Of a stretch of DNA of 64,000 nt, positions 47,752 through 57,717 are shown piece after piece (positions within the stretch are counted from its first letter, which is position 1; each line of letters begins with the position of its first letter). The stretch is from Candidatus Poribacteria bacterium. GTDB taxonomy: Bacteria > Poribacteria > WGA-4E > PCPOR2b. The stretch is from NCBI GenBank assembly GCA_965116925.1, contig OZ220744.1, forward strand, positions 4,800,001 through 4,864,000. Reading direction: 5' to 3'. The position numbers were made by a program, and so were the translations under genes. A model generated the notes under the pieces. It ran no database searches and was not told the DNA's origin. It was given only the letters and a program-made list of their open reading frames with translations.

Positions 47752-49383
47752 CTATTTCACGATGACCATCCGTCGTGTCGCATGAAAGTTGCCTGCTCGC
47801 AGATGATAGTAGTAGATGCCGCTGGAGACCAATTCCCCATTATCACTTCGCCCATCCCAATACGCCGCCGTCTCTTTGTCAAGATATATCCCCGCAGACC
47901 GTTCACCTACTTCAATTCGGCGAACACGATGCCCTTGAATATTGTAAATGGTGATGCTCACATCCGCAGCCACCGCTAGTTGATAGGGAATCCACGTTTC
48001 AGGATTGAACGGATTGGGAAAGTTTTGGAGGAGTGCTGTCCTCTTCACATCACCCAACGTTGCCGCTTTTAGAGAAATGGATTCTACCGGGCGCGGTGTC
48101 AAAAAATCCTCTCCTGTATCATATACATACATTGCGCCCGATGGGTTGGGAAAACGGTGCAGGTTATCTCCCGGTGCCCCAACAACAGCATAGGGACCTT
48201 TTCTAGCGATAGCAACCGCACTGCCGTAGGCATCGCCGTCCCAAATCTTATGCAGTTCCCCCGGAACTACGCGTTTTGGCACGAACCTAGCTTTTTCAGT
48301 CCACGTATTACCTTCCCGCAAATAAGAGTAGACCGCCCCTGCATCTTCGCCAACGCTATGTTCAAATGGTGCCCCGACGACCACTCGGTTGATGTCGATA
48401 TCGACTGCAAATCCAAAGTGGGCACCTATTTCCTTATTGCTAGCGTTCAGCCTCAGCTCCTGCGTCCATTCATCCTCGTTGCGCCGGAAGATATACGCCG
48501 CGCCGGGGGTGTCTCCTCTAGTATTCGGCGAACCGATAATGACGCGATTCTTACTGATGGCGACAGACCAACCGAAATGTTCGGCACCAGATCCGTCCGT
48601 TGCCCAGATCCTTGCTTCTCGCTCCCAGTATTTTCCCTCGCGCACGTAGATAGCAGCTATACCGTCCTCCCTTACAAACATATCCATAAATGGTGCCCCA
48701 ACAACAATGGTATCCCTATCAATGGCAACAGACCAACCGAACCTATCTCCACCGCCATCGCTAAAGAACATTCGTTGGAGTTGAAACCCTTGCTCTCCTC
48801 GCACGTAGGCATACACCGTCCCGATGCCTGGCCCACCACCCCAAAAGGGGGCACCAACAACGAGAGTATCTTCACTCAGGTCAACTGCGAACCCGAATCG
48901 TTCCGCGTTTTTTAAATTTTTCGGGCGCAATTTCTGTTTCAGTAGAAAATTTTTACCTTCACGCTCGTAAATATAGACCACGCCCGAACCACCTGCGAAG
49001 CCGTGAGTGTGGTTAAAAACTGTCCGAGCCCCAACAACAGCGGTATCTCCATCAATGCAGACCGCTCCACCAAACCAGCCCCCTGGGTTTGGTTGTGGTG
49101 CCTTGATTTGCGCTTGCTGGATCCATGTGTCTCCTTGGCGGACAAAGATATAGGCTTGCCCATTGTCTTTGTCCGGTGCACCAACGATGAGGGTGTTACC
49201 ACTGATATCAACGGCATATCCAAAGGCATCGGGTCCCACTTTTTTCCGAAGAACAATAGTTTCCTCGGCGCGGGTTGTGTGAAGCAATCCAATGCTGAAA
49301 ATCAACCCCAACCCGACAATTAGACCCAGACTGCCCGTGTTGAACAACCTCAAAGGTAAAGTCATGACTGAATTAACCACCAC
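47752..49383 (-). CDS. Secreted FG-GAP repeat protein with C-terminal FlgD-Ig / secretion-sorting-like domain
   Basis: Seven FG.AV.I......VGAP repeats; LLQNFPNPFNPETWIPY...YWDGR. Confidence 0.88.
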   Translation of the reverse strand: MVVNSVMTLPLRLFNTGSLGLIVGLGLIFSIGLLHTTRAEETIVLRKKVGPDAFGYAVDISGNTLIVGAPDKDNGQAYIFVRQGDTWIQQAQIKAPQPNPGGWFGGAVCIDGDTAVVGARTVFNHTHGFAGGSGVVYIYEREGKNFLLKQKLRPKNLKNAERFGFAVDLSEDTLVVGAPFWGGGPGIGTVYAYVRGEQGFQLQRMFFSDGGGDRFGWSVAIDRDTIVVGAPFMDMFVREDGIAAIYVREGKYWEREARIWATDGSGAEHFGWSVAISKNRVIIGSPNTRGDTPGAAYIFRRNEDEWTQELRLNASNKEIGAHFGFAVDIDINRVVVGAPFEHSVGEDAGAVYSYLREGNTWTEKARFVPKRVVPGELHKIWDGDAYGSAVAIARKGPYAVVGAPGDNLHRFPNPSGAMYVYDTGEDFLTPRPVESISLKAATLGDVKRTALLQNFPNPFNPETWIPYQLAVAADVSITIYNIQGHRVRRIEVGERSAGIYLDKETAAYWDGRSDNGELVSSGIYYYHLRAGNFHATRRMVIVK

Positions 49384-49412
49384 CTGAGAAATAAGAAAAT
49401 TATCCCATTATC

Positions 49413-49451
49413 TGCAATTGCAGTTGCTCTTTTCAATTTGCACACCTACTT
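49413..49451 (-). promoter_or_regulatory. Duplicated promoter/operator with TGCAATTGCA palindrome, copy 1
   Basis: Matches 51194-51232; TTGAAA...GATAAT on minus strand. Confidence 0.6.
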
Positions 49452-51128
49452 CTGGATGACCATACGCCGAGTCTCTGAAAAAGCGTCCACCTCTAATGTA
49501 TAGAAATAGACACCACTAACAACCGATGCACCCGATTGGTCTCTACCATCCCAATACGCAGCAGTTTGTTTGTTGAGATACCTTCCCGCCCGCTGCTGTC
49601 CGATGTCCAATTGATACACCAGCACCCCTTGAACATCGTAGATACGAACCTTTACTTCCGCATCATTGGCGAGGGTGTAAGGTATCCACGTCTCAGGATT
49701 AAACGGATTGGGAAAGTTCTGAAGCAGGGCGGTCCGCTTAATGTCCCCCAACATAATGAGTGCAAGTTCATCAATGGGTTCAACAGACAACGGTATTTTG
49801 AAATCTTCGATATCTTTGCTTAAGGGTATGTTGAGATTGTTGACATCTTCGGTATCAAAGAGATACACAGAACCCCCATCTGGATGTTCTGGGGTAGCAT
49901 CTCCCCATACGCCGATAGCGGCGTAGTTGAATTCACGCCCGAATTGTCCGTCGAGTGCAAGGGCGTCACCCATATTATCGCCCGCTATCAGGCCTTGAGC
50001 CTCATCTGGTCTCTCTTCCGGTATAATTGTTGCCTGTAATTCCCAATCGGGACCGACCTTCAAAAAGGCGTAAACGGCACCAGAATCGTCGCCAATTTTG
50101 GTATCAGCAGAAGGTGCACCAACGAGAGCACGGTTGACATCGATTGCAACCGTCAACCCAAAGCCAGCACCTTCCTGAATCTCGCCTGCAGTCAACTTTG
50201 CTTCTCGTGTATAGGTGCCCTCGACTTCGCTAAAGATATACGCTGAACCGGAAAGGCGCCTTCCTGAATTATTGTCCCTATTTGCTCCAAGGATAACGCG
50301 ATTTTGGCTGACATCAACAGAGACACCGAGGTTATCACCGCCATCTCCGTCATGAGGAATTAACTTTGCTATCTGCCCCCAGACATTCCCTTTACGCTTA
50401 AAGACATAAGCGGTTCCGGAGAGCCTTTGGGGCGCAGCGGCAAGCGGTGCACCGACAACAATCGTATCACCACTAATCGCGCAATCCCAGCCAAATCGGT
50501 TTTTTACTCCTGCATCATCCGCTTGAAGTTTGGCTTGTTGTTTCCATTTTGTTCCTTCTAGGACGAAGACATAAACGGCACCTTTCTCCTCATCATGAAA
50601 CGGTGCACTCGCGATAAGCGTGGTCCCGCTGATATCAACAGAATATCCGAAGCGGTCACGGTCTTGGATATCATCAGCTTTGAGGGCTTTCATCAGCACA
50701 AAGTCTCCCTCGTTTCTACGACGGTAGACATAGATCTTGCCTGGCCCATTGACCAAAAGTCCGCGTTCAACGAAGAATTCTTTTCCGCCTGCTGCAGGGG
50801 CACCAATCGCAGCAAAGTTTTCCTCAAGAGCGACAGCGTGACCAAAGAAATCCATCTGACCTTGATTGGGTGCCGGAAAATGATTCAGGACCTCCCACGC
50901 TTCTCCTCTCTGTTCCATGATGTAGACGTTGCTGTTGTTATCCAAATTCACTCCAGATCCGGCGATGAGAGTTGTCCCGCTGATGTCAACGGAATTTCCC
51001 CAAAAACTGCCCTCATCGGCATCGGCGGGCGAAGGAATAACCTCTCCTTTAGGGTCAACGGCATAGCTTAACGCGATCTGCCCAATTAAGAAAATAAGAC
51101 AGGCGAGGGAAGTTTGTAAGATTTTCAT
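49446..51128 (-). CDS. Secreted FG-GAP repeat protein with C-terminal FlgD-Ig-like domain (paralogue)
   Basis: Same architecture; start MKILQ after AAGGAG. Confidence 0.88.
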   Translation of the reverse strand: MKILQTSLACLIFLIGQIALSYAVDPKGEVIPSPADADEGSFWGNSVDISGTTLIAGSGVNLDNNSNVYIMEQRGEAWEVLNHFPAPNQGQMDFFGHAVALEENFAAIGAPAAGGKEFFVERGLLVNGPGKIYVYRRRNEGDFVLMKALKADDIQDRDRFGYSVDISGTTLIASAPFHDEEKGAVYVFVLEGTKWKQQAKLQADDAGVKNRFGWDCAISGDTIVVGAPLAAAPQRLSGTAYVFKRKGNVWGQIAKLIPHDGDGGDNLGVSVDVSQNRVILGANRDNNSGRRLSGSAYIFSEVEGTYTREAKLTAGEIQEGAGFGLTVAIDVNRALVGAPSADTKIGDDSGAVYAFLKVGPDWELQATIIPEERPDEAQGLIAGDNMGDALALDGQFGREFNYAAIGVWGDATPEHPDGGSVYLFDTEDVNNLNIPLSKDIEDFKIPLSVEPIDELALIMLGDIKRTALLQNFPNPFNPETWIPYTLANDAEVKVRIYDVQGVLVYQLDIGQQRAGRYLNKQTAAYWDGRDQSGASVVSGVYFYTLEVDAFSETRRMVIQK

Positions 51129-51193
51129 TGATAACGCTCCTTTCAGAGTGCAAACCCTTTTCAATGGACGAATGAGAGAATCATTTCCTCATT

Positions 51194-51232
51194 TGCAATT
51201 GCAGTCTCTCTTGTCAATTTGTGTGCCTACTT
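51194..51232 (-). promoter_or_regulatory. Duplicated promoter/operator, copy 2
   Basis: TTGACA-AGAGAGAC-TGCAATTGCA. Confidence 0.6.
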
Positions 51233-53698
51233 GAGGATTACCAGTCGTCGTACCGCAGTATAATCCCCCGCTTGGAGTTGATAGAAATAGACGCCACTTG
51301 CGGCCAATTCTCCTCTATCGTTGCGACCGTCCCAATATGCCGCTCGCATTCGATCCGTGTAATACCCCGCCGACTGATACCCCAAATCTAATTGACGAAC
51401 TAACAAGCCTTTTATATCATAAATCGTGAGTGTGACATCTGCACTGCGGGCAAGTTGGTAGGGTATCCATGTCTCTGGATTGAATGGATTGGGGTAGTTA
51501 GGTAATAGCACTGTCTCTTTTGGGGTCAACGCTGCGAGGAGTTGTTCAAGCATGGCAACCCCACGCTGATAGGTAGGACCCGTCAGTCCCCTTTGCTGTG
51601 CCTGGATAAGCCATTGATGTATATCCGCTGCGGTTAGCGTCTTTAATGCTTGGTGATGTGCGGAAGGCGCAGCCGCCTCCGCGCTGAACGCACCGGCAAC
51701 TGTAACCAGATCTAGAATATCGACCATCCCATCCCCGTTGACATCTGCATCACTCCGCCCCACCTGTCCGAAGCTTGATCCAACGAACGCCAAATCAAAA
51801 ATGTCCACCATACCATCGTGGTTTACATCTCCGAACAAGGATGGTTGTGTTGTGGGGGTGAGTTCCCACAGCAGCACTACCTCAGCCTGACCCCAACTTG
51901 CAAGTGTTTGACCATCAGGACTGAATGATACACCACCTCCCATATCTGTAAATGTCTGTTTGTGCGTCCCCGTGACAGCATCCCATAGACGGATGGTGCC
52001 GTCCGAACTGCCACTTGCGAGAGTGGACCCATCGGGACTGAACGATACCTCCAAGACAGTATCCGTATGTTCTGTGAGTGTAGCCTTGTGAGCACCGGCG
52101 ATAGCGTCCCACAGGCGGATGGTATCATCCCCACTCCCACTCGCAAGCGTCCTCCCATCAGGACTGAATGATACACTACTGATATAAGCTGTATGTCCAG
52201 TGAGCATCTGCTTGTGTTTGCCGGTGACAGCATCCCATAGACGGATGGTCTCATCCAGACTGCCACTCGCAATGGTGGACCCATCGGGACTAAACGATAC
52301 ACTCGTGACCCGATCCGTATGCCTAGTGAGGGGCGTATCCCCAGCGAGCGTTCTTTTGAATGCGCCCGTAACAGTATCCCACAGGCGGATAACCTCCCAA
52401 CCCGCACTCGCGAGCGTCAATCCATCGGGACTGAACGATAGGCTAGAAACAGAATAGGCGGGGTTTATTGTGAGTGTTTGCTCGTGTTGACCGGTGACAG
52501 CATTCCATAGGCGGATAGTACCATCGTGGCTTCCACTCGCGAGCGTCTTCCCATCTGGACTGAACAGTACACTTCTGACATTCTCTGTATGCCCGGCGAG
52601 TATCTGCGTGAGTTTGCCGGTGTCTGTATCCCACAATCGCACCATGCCAGACCAACTTCCAGTTGCTAGTGTCCCCCTATCAGGACTAAACGATACACTA
52701 CCAATACCATGTGTATATCCAGTAAGTGTATGTCTGTGCGTACCCGTAATGGCATCCCACAAGCGAATCTCGCCCCAACTACTACTCACGAGTGTCTTCC
52801 CATCCGGACTAAACGATATGCTTCTGACCCAATTCGTACCGGTAAGTGTCTGTTTGTGCACACCCGTGATAGCGTCCCACAGACGGATGGTATCATCTTC
52901 ACTCCCACTGGCAAGCGTCTCCCCATCTGGACTAAACGACACCCTGAAAATATAATCCGTATGCCCGGTAAGTGTGTGTTTGTGTGCACCCGTGCCGACA
53001 TCCCACAGACGGACGGTCTCATCCCAACCTCCACTTGCGAGTGTACTCCCATCTGGACTGAACGACACGCTTTCGATCCTATCCGTATGTCCGGTGAGCG
53101 TAGCCCGGTGATCACCTGTGACGGTATCCCACAAGCGGATGGTTTTGTCTATACTTCCACTCGCAAGCGTACCTCCATTAGGACTGAACGATACACTCAT
53201 GATAGCCTCCGCATGTCCAGTAAGCACCCCTTTGTGTGCACCTGTGACAGCATCCCATAGGCGGATGGTATCATCCCCACTCCCACTTGCCAGCGTCTTC
53301 CCATCAGGACTGAACGATACGCTCAAGACGATACTCGTATGCTCTGTGAGCGTGTGTTTGTGTGCACCCGTAACCGTATCCCACAGGCGGATGGTGCCGT
53401 CCAGACTGCCACTCGCGAGGGTTCGCCCATCCGGACTGAATGCTACACTAATGACCCAGTCCGTATGCCCGGTGAGTAACGCCAGTTCGCGATAGGTCTC
53501 CGTGTGATAGAGCCAAACACCGATGGAGCTAGCGACTGCGAGACGAGTGCCATCCGGTGAATACTGAACGTCAGCTGCCATGCCTTTACCAATACGCACT
53601 TTGGCACCTTTGGGTAAACCCCATCGTGTGTAGTTTTGGGCGATGGCATTTTGCAAAAACAGCGTTAAAAGAATCAGTAACGTCGAGGTTACTTTCAT
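51227..53698 (-). CDS. Secreted WD40-repeat protein with dockerin-like and FlgD-Ig-like domains
   Basis: About 14 GH....SVSFSPDG.TLASGS.D.TIRLWD repeats; DVN.DG.VDI.DL twice; LLPNYPNPFNPETWIPY. Confidence 0.93.
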   Translation of the reverse strand: MKVTSTLLILLTLFLQNAIAQNYTRWGLPKGAKVRIGKGMAADVQYSPDGTRLAVASSIGVWLYHTETYRELALLTGHTDWVISVAFSPDGRTLASGSLDGTIRLWDTVTGAHKHTLTEHTSIVLSVSFSPDGKTLASGSGDDTIRLWDAVTGAHKGVLTGHAEAIMSVSFSPNGGTLASGSIDKTIRLWDTVTGDHRATLTGHTDRIESVSFSPDGSTLASGGWDETVRLWDVGTGAHKHTLTGHTDYIFRVSFSPDGETLASGSEDDTIRLWDAITGVHKQTLTGTNWVRSISFSPDGKTLVSSSWGEIRLWDAITGTHRHTLTGYTHGIGSVSFSPDRGTLATGSWSGMVRLWDTDTGKLTQILAGHTENVRSVLFSPDGKTLASGSHDGTIRLWNAVTGQHEQTLTINPAYSVSSLSFSPDGLTLASAGWEVIRLWDTVTGAFKRTLAGDTPLTRHTDRVTSVSFSPDGSTIASGSLDETIRLWDAVTGKHKQMLTGHTAYISSVSFSPDGRTLASGSGDDTIRLWDAIAGAHKATLTEHTDTVLEVSFSPDGSTLASGSSDGTIRLWDAVTGTHKQTFTDMGGGVSFSPDGQTLASWGQAEVVLLWELTPTTQPSLFGDVNHDGMVDIFDLAFVGSSFGQVGRSDADVNGDGMVDILDLVTVAGAFSAEAAAPSAHHQALKTLTAADIHQWLIQAQQRGLTGPTYQRGVAMLEQLLAALTPKETVLLPNYPNPFNPETWIPYQLARSADVTLTIYDIKGLLVRQLDLGYQSAGYYTDRMRAAYWDGRNDRGELAASGVYFYQLQAGDYTAVRRLVILK

Positions 53699-53915
53699 GA
53701 TGGGTTTTCCTTTTTCGGTGGGAAGTTTTGAGACGATGGCGTAAGTTCGTTAATACTCTTTAGGGTATAATTTCTTTGAGATTGGGCGAAGCGTGGTAAT
53801 GTAACAGTATAATAATCTAAAAGATGAGAGGTGTCAAAAAAATAAATATCACGATTGCCTTTCAAGCAGAGATGTGCTATAGTCATTGCATCTATCTGGA
53901 TAATACGAGGTGTTT

Positions 53916-55388
53916 ATGGCTAATCAAGGTGCTTCTACACAACGTCCCAATCTACTGTATATCCATTCTGATCAGCACAACCCCGCTGTGACCGGCTGTT
54001 ACGGCGATCCGTTGGTGCAGACGCCGCATCTGGATGGGCTAGCAGCAGGGGGTGTCGTATTTGATAATGTCTACTGTCCTTCCCCGATTTGCGTCCCTTC
54101 GCGGATGTCCATGCTGAACGGACGTTATCCCCACGAAAACGAGGTTTGGACGAACAGCCACATCCTTGACTCCGGGAGTCCGACCTTTGCACACGCGATG
54201 GGGGCGGCGGGTTATCGCCCGGTTCTGATTGGGCGAATGCACTCGCTGGGACCCGATCAGCTACACGGGTACGCCGAGCGATTGGTTGGAGATCACGGCT
54301 CCAATTATCTCGGCGGGAAGGGTGTTGATCACGGGACGCTTACAGGCACGGCGGGTCCTGCGCGGGTTAGTCTCGAAAAGTCGGGCCCCGGTCAAAGCGC
54401 GTATCAGGTCCATGACGAAGATGTGACCGTCGCGACGGTAGATTATTTGAATCGCCTCGGCGTCCGAAAACGGGCGGGTGTGATGGACGAACCGTTCAGT
54501 ATCTCTGTCGGGTTCATGTTACCCCATCAGCCTTTTGTAGCGCGTCGGGAGGACTATGACCTTTACGATGGGGCGATGACGATGCCAAAACATCCCGAAC
54601 CGTTCTCCGATACGTTGCACCCCTATTTTCGATGGTGGCGGGAACAGTGTGGCATCGTTGAGGTTTCCGATGCGGAGATTCTCAGAGCACGGATAGCGTA
54701 TTGGGCGTTGGTCACGCGGATGGACCGAATGATCGGCGAGATCTTGACTGCGCTCCGAGAAAATGACTTGGCGGAGAACACGATCATCCTCTATATGTCC
54801 GATCACGGCGAGCAGGTGGGAGAACATGGGCTTTGGTGGAAGCAGACCTTCTATGAGGATTCGGTGAGAGTTCCTACTATCCTTTCGTGGCCCGGGGCAC
54901 TGCCTGAAGGTGTGAGATGCAACAGAGTCGTTAGTTCCTTAGATCTGAATGCGACGATGCTAGATGCACTCGATGCACCCGCCCTGCCGAATTCTCGCGG
55001 CAGAAGTGTACTCCCGCTTTTGCGGGAAGAGAAAGCGGAATGGGAGGACATCGCTTTCTCTGAGTATTGCACTGATGAGGGTTGCTATCACCGGATGATC
55101 CGAAGTGGTGACTGGAAACTGAATTACTACCATGGACAACCGCCGCAACTCTTCAATCTAAAGGAAGATCCGGCAGAACTGCACGACCGGGCGGGTGATG
55201 CAACGTATCGAGAGGTTCTGGAGACATTGACACAACAGGTACTGAACGATTGGGATGCTGACGCTATTGCATCAAAAATGGAGGAGAAGCGCGCGGAGGC
55301 AAAAATTCTGGCGGATTGGGGACGCCAAACGCAGCCCACAGATCAGTACCGATGGAATTTGCTACCGGAGATGGATTACCTATATTAG
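53916..55388 (+). CDS. Sulfatase (choline-sulfatase-like)
   Basis: SDQH, CVPSR, GRMH, SDHGE, LWWK; upstream TTGCCT-N17-TATAGT. Confidence 0.92.
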   Translation: MANQGASTQRPNLLYIHSDQHNPAVTGCYGDPLVQTPHLDGLAAGGVVFDNVYCPSPICVPSRMSMLNGRYPHENEVWTNSHILDSGSPTFAHAMGAAGYRPVLIGRMHSLGPDQLHGYAERLVGDHGSNYLGGKGVDHGTLTGTAGPARVSLEKSGPGQSAYQVHDEDVTVATVDYLNRLGVRKRAGVMDEPFSISVGFMLPHQPFVARREDYDLYDGAMTMPKHPEPFSDTLHPYFRWWREQCGIVEVSDAEILRARIAYWALVTRMDRMIGEILTALRENDLAENTIILYMSDHGEQVGEHGLWWKQTFYEDSVRVPTILSWPGALPEGVRCNRVVSSLDLNATMLDALDAPALPNSRGRSVLPLLREEKAEWEDIAFSEYCTDEGCYHRMIRSGDWKLNYYHGQPPQLFNLKEDPAELHDRAGDATYREVLETLTQQVLNDWDADAIASKMEEKRAEAKILADWGRQTQPTDQYRWNLLPEMDYLY

Positions 55389-55438
55389 TTCATTTGTTCA
55401 TTAATGAACCAATAAATCAATGCAAGGAGACCCGCACC

Positions 55439-56188
55439 ATGAACGCCAACGAATCAACGACTGATCCATTTGAATTACTCAAACTATACAAATATCTCCG
55501 TGTCGCTGATGTCTGCGATGGGATGGACGGGGTTGGTCACTTTGACACCGGGCTGATGTCCCCTGAAGTTCAACCACTCTGGCACGGTATGAAATTCTGG
55601 GGTGTTGCCTTCACGCTTCGCTGTGTCCCTGCCAACCGTCCGATGTGGAAACTGGATACCACCGAAGAGGTTGTTCGAGCACATGGAGTCTGGTTTAACG
55701 AAGTGGGAAATGTCAGTTATCGTGATCAGATCCAGACAGGACACGTCATTGTAACGGGCACGGGCGGTGCGCGGGAGGTCGGCTTTTGGGGATCTGCCAA
55801 CAGCTTGAACATGATCGCATCGGGCGCGGTTGGAATTATCACCGATGGTTACTGTCGCGATACAGACGAGTTAATTCTCCAACAGACCCCGATATGCTCC
55901 CGTGCACGTGGGCGCACGATTATTCCCGGTCGCATTGAAGCGGTGGAGGTTCAGACCCCTATCGGCTGTGGCGGGGTACAGGTACGTCCCGGCGATATTG
56001 TCGGTTGTGATGGTGATGGTGTGGTCGTTGTGCCAATCGAACTCGCTGAACAGGTTGCGGTACATGCGCGTGCGGTGTTGCTAGCGGACATGCGTGGGCG
56101 GGCGGAACTCTATAAACGCTTGGATATGACACCTGACGAAACGGTTGACCATGAAACCGTAGCGGCTTATTTTAGCCAATTTGAATAG
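55439..56188 (+). CDS. RraA-family / HMG aldolase-like protein
   Basis: VADVCDG, WG, TDGYCRD, VRPGDIV..DGDGVVVVP. Confidence 0.9.
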   Translation: MNANESTTDPFELLKLYKYLRVADVCDGMDGVGHFDTGLMSPEVQPLWHGMKFWGVAFTLRCVPANRPMWKLDTTEEVVRAHGVWFNEVGNVSYRDQIQTGHVIVTGTGGAREVGFWGSANSLNMIASGAVGIITDGYCRDTDELILQQTPICSRARGRTIIPGRIEAVEVQTPIGCGGVQVRPGDIVGCDGDGVVVVPIELAEQVAVHARAVLLADMRGRAELYKRLDMTPDETVDHETVAAYFSQFE

Positions 56189-56221
56189 TTGGGTGTCGAG
56201 ATGTGAATCTCGATTTACGGA

Positions 56222-56340
56222 CTAGTACTCTGTCACATAAGTTTTGCATATCAACAAGGGGGTCGGGTGACCCGACCCCTACGAAGTATTATGAGTCTCA
56301 ATCAATATACACAAGCATAATTTGCCTGACAGTGTACTAG
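56222..56340. mobile_element. MITE family C (CTAG-flanked) carrying REP GTAGGGGTCGGGTCACCCGACCC
   Basis: CTAG-TACTCTGTCA ... TGACAGTGTA-CTAG (9/10 inverted match). Confidence 0.78.
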
Positions 56341-56357
56341 CTAAAACCTCTATAATT

Positions 56358-56459
56358 CAGGACTTACGCAAATTTAGTGAGCGGCGCGATATTTTTTTAT
56401 TTTTAACCCCCTAAATCCCCCTTATCAGGGGGACTTATGAACCAACTATGTAAGTCCTA
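56358..56459. mobile_element. MITE family B carrying CCCCCTAAATCCCCCTTATCAGGGGGACTT hairpin
   Basis: CAGGACTTACGCA ... TATGTAAGTCCTA; flanking TAATT duplication. Confidence 0.8.
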
Positions 56460-56479
56460 TAATTAATAAGGAAGAATCC

Positions 56480-57637
56480 ATGAAGACCACGTATCGTGCA
56501 GGAGTCATCGGCAGAACCGGCAAGGGCGACTATGGTCATGGGCTCGATGTGGCATTTCAGATTCCCCCCGATTCCACTGAAGGTTCGGACGTGCAGATCG
56601 TTTCCATCGCCGATTCAGACCCGGAGGGGCTTCGGGCCGCTGGAGAACGAATCGGGATAGAGAAACGCTACCTAGACTACCACGAAATGCTGGAAAAGGA
56701 GCACCTAGATTTGGTGAGTGTCGGTCCCCGTTGGATCGATTGCCATGCAGAGATGGTCATTGCCTGCGCCAACGCCGGCGTGAAAGGGATTCTGTGCGAG
56801 AAACCATTCGCCCGAACCCTCGCGGAAGCCGACGCTATGATGGAAGCCTGCGATCGCAACGGGGTGAAGGTCGCTGTCGCACATCGCCGGGCGTGCGCCC
56901 ACGAACAACACGCCAAGAAACTGGTCGATGAAGGCGTAATCGGAGAAATTCAGGTGCTGCGTGGTCACGGCAAAGCCGATCACCGGGCTGGAGCGATGGA
57001 TTTGATGGTGCTGGGGACGCATATGATGGATAGTATGCGGTATTTTGCCGGTGCCGATGTCGCATGGGCACATGGGCATGTGACCCAAGATGGTCAGGAG
57101 GTCACACCCGCGGACATCCGAGAGGGAGATGAGGGCGTTGGATTGCTGGCTGGCAACGGCTTGGCGGCGTATTACGTTTTCGAGAACGGAATCACTGCCC
57201 ACTATGAATCACACCGAGGGAAACCCTCCGGCAATCATTCTAGCAGCCGCTGGTTCGGCTTTGAGGTTTACGGCACCGAGGGGATTATCTCGCTGCGAAA
57301 CTCCCCCTGCGGGGAGATGTACCTTTATCCTCACGGGTTGTGGATTCCGGGGGAATTAGAATGGGAACGTATCCTTCTGGACGAGTGGGAGAAGCGACCA
57401 GACGGTACAAGCCGGTCAGATCAGGAGCAGATGCACCTCAGTAACCGGATGATTGTGAGAGAACTGATCCAAGCCATCGAGGAGGACCGTGATGTTGTTG
57501 CGGTTTCTAGTGGGGCGGATGCGCGCGCAGCACTGGAGATGATTATGGCGGTCCATGAGTCACAACGTTTGAAAACACGGGTATCCTTCCCGTTAAAGAA
57601 CCGGGAAAATCCTTATGAGGTTTGGCGCAACGGGTAG
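56480..57637 (+). CDS. Gfo/Idh/MocA oxidoreductase
   Basis: ILCEKP, LGTHMMD, YGTEG. Confidence 0.9.
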   Translation: MKTTYRAGVIGRTGKGDYGHGLDVAFQIPPDSTEGSDVQIVSIADSDPEGLRAAGERIGIEKRYLDYHEMLEKEHLDLVSVGPRWIDCHAEMVIACANAGVKGILCEKPFARTLAEADAMMEACDRNGVKVAVAHRRACAHEQHAKKLVDEGVIGEIQVLRGHGKADHRAGAMDLMVLGTHMMDSMRYFAGADVAWAHGHVTQDGQEVTPADIREGDEGVGLLAGNGLAAYYVFENGITAHYESHRGKPSGNHSSSRWFGFEVYGTEGIISLRNSPCGEMYLYPHGLWIPGELEWERILLDEWEKRPDGTSRSDQEQMHLSNRMIVRELIQAIEEDRDVVAVSSGADARAALEMIMAVHESQRLKTRVSFPLKNRENPYEVWRNG

Positions 57638-57717
57638 GAAAGTCGTTGACATAAAATTTAACGGCTGCTAAACTTTTGCCTGCTCAATAATCAGAGTTCT
57701 TTTCTTGGAGGTGTATT

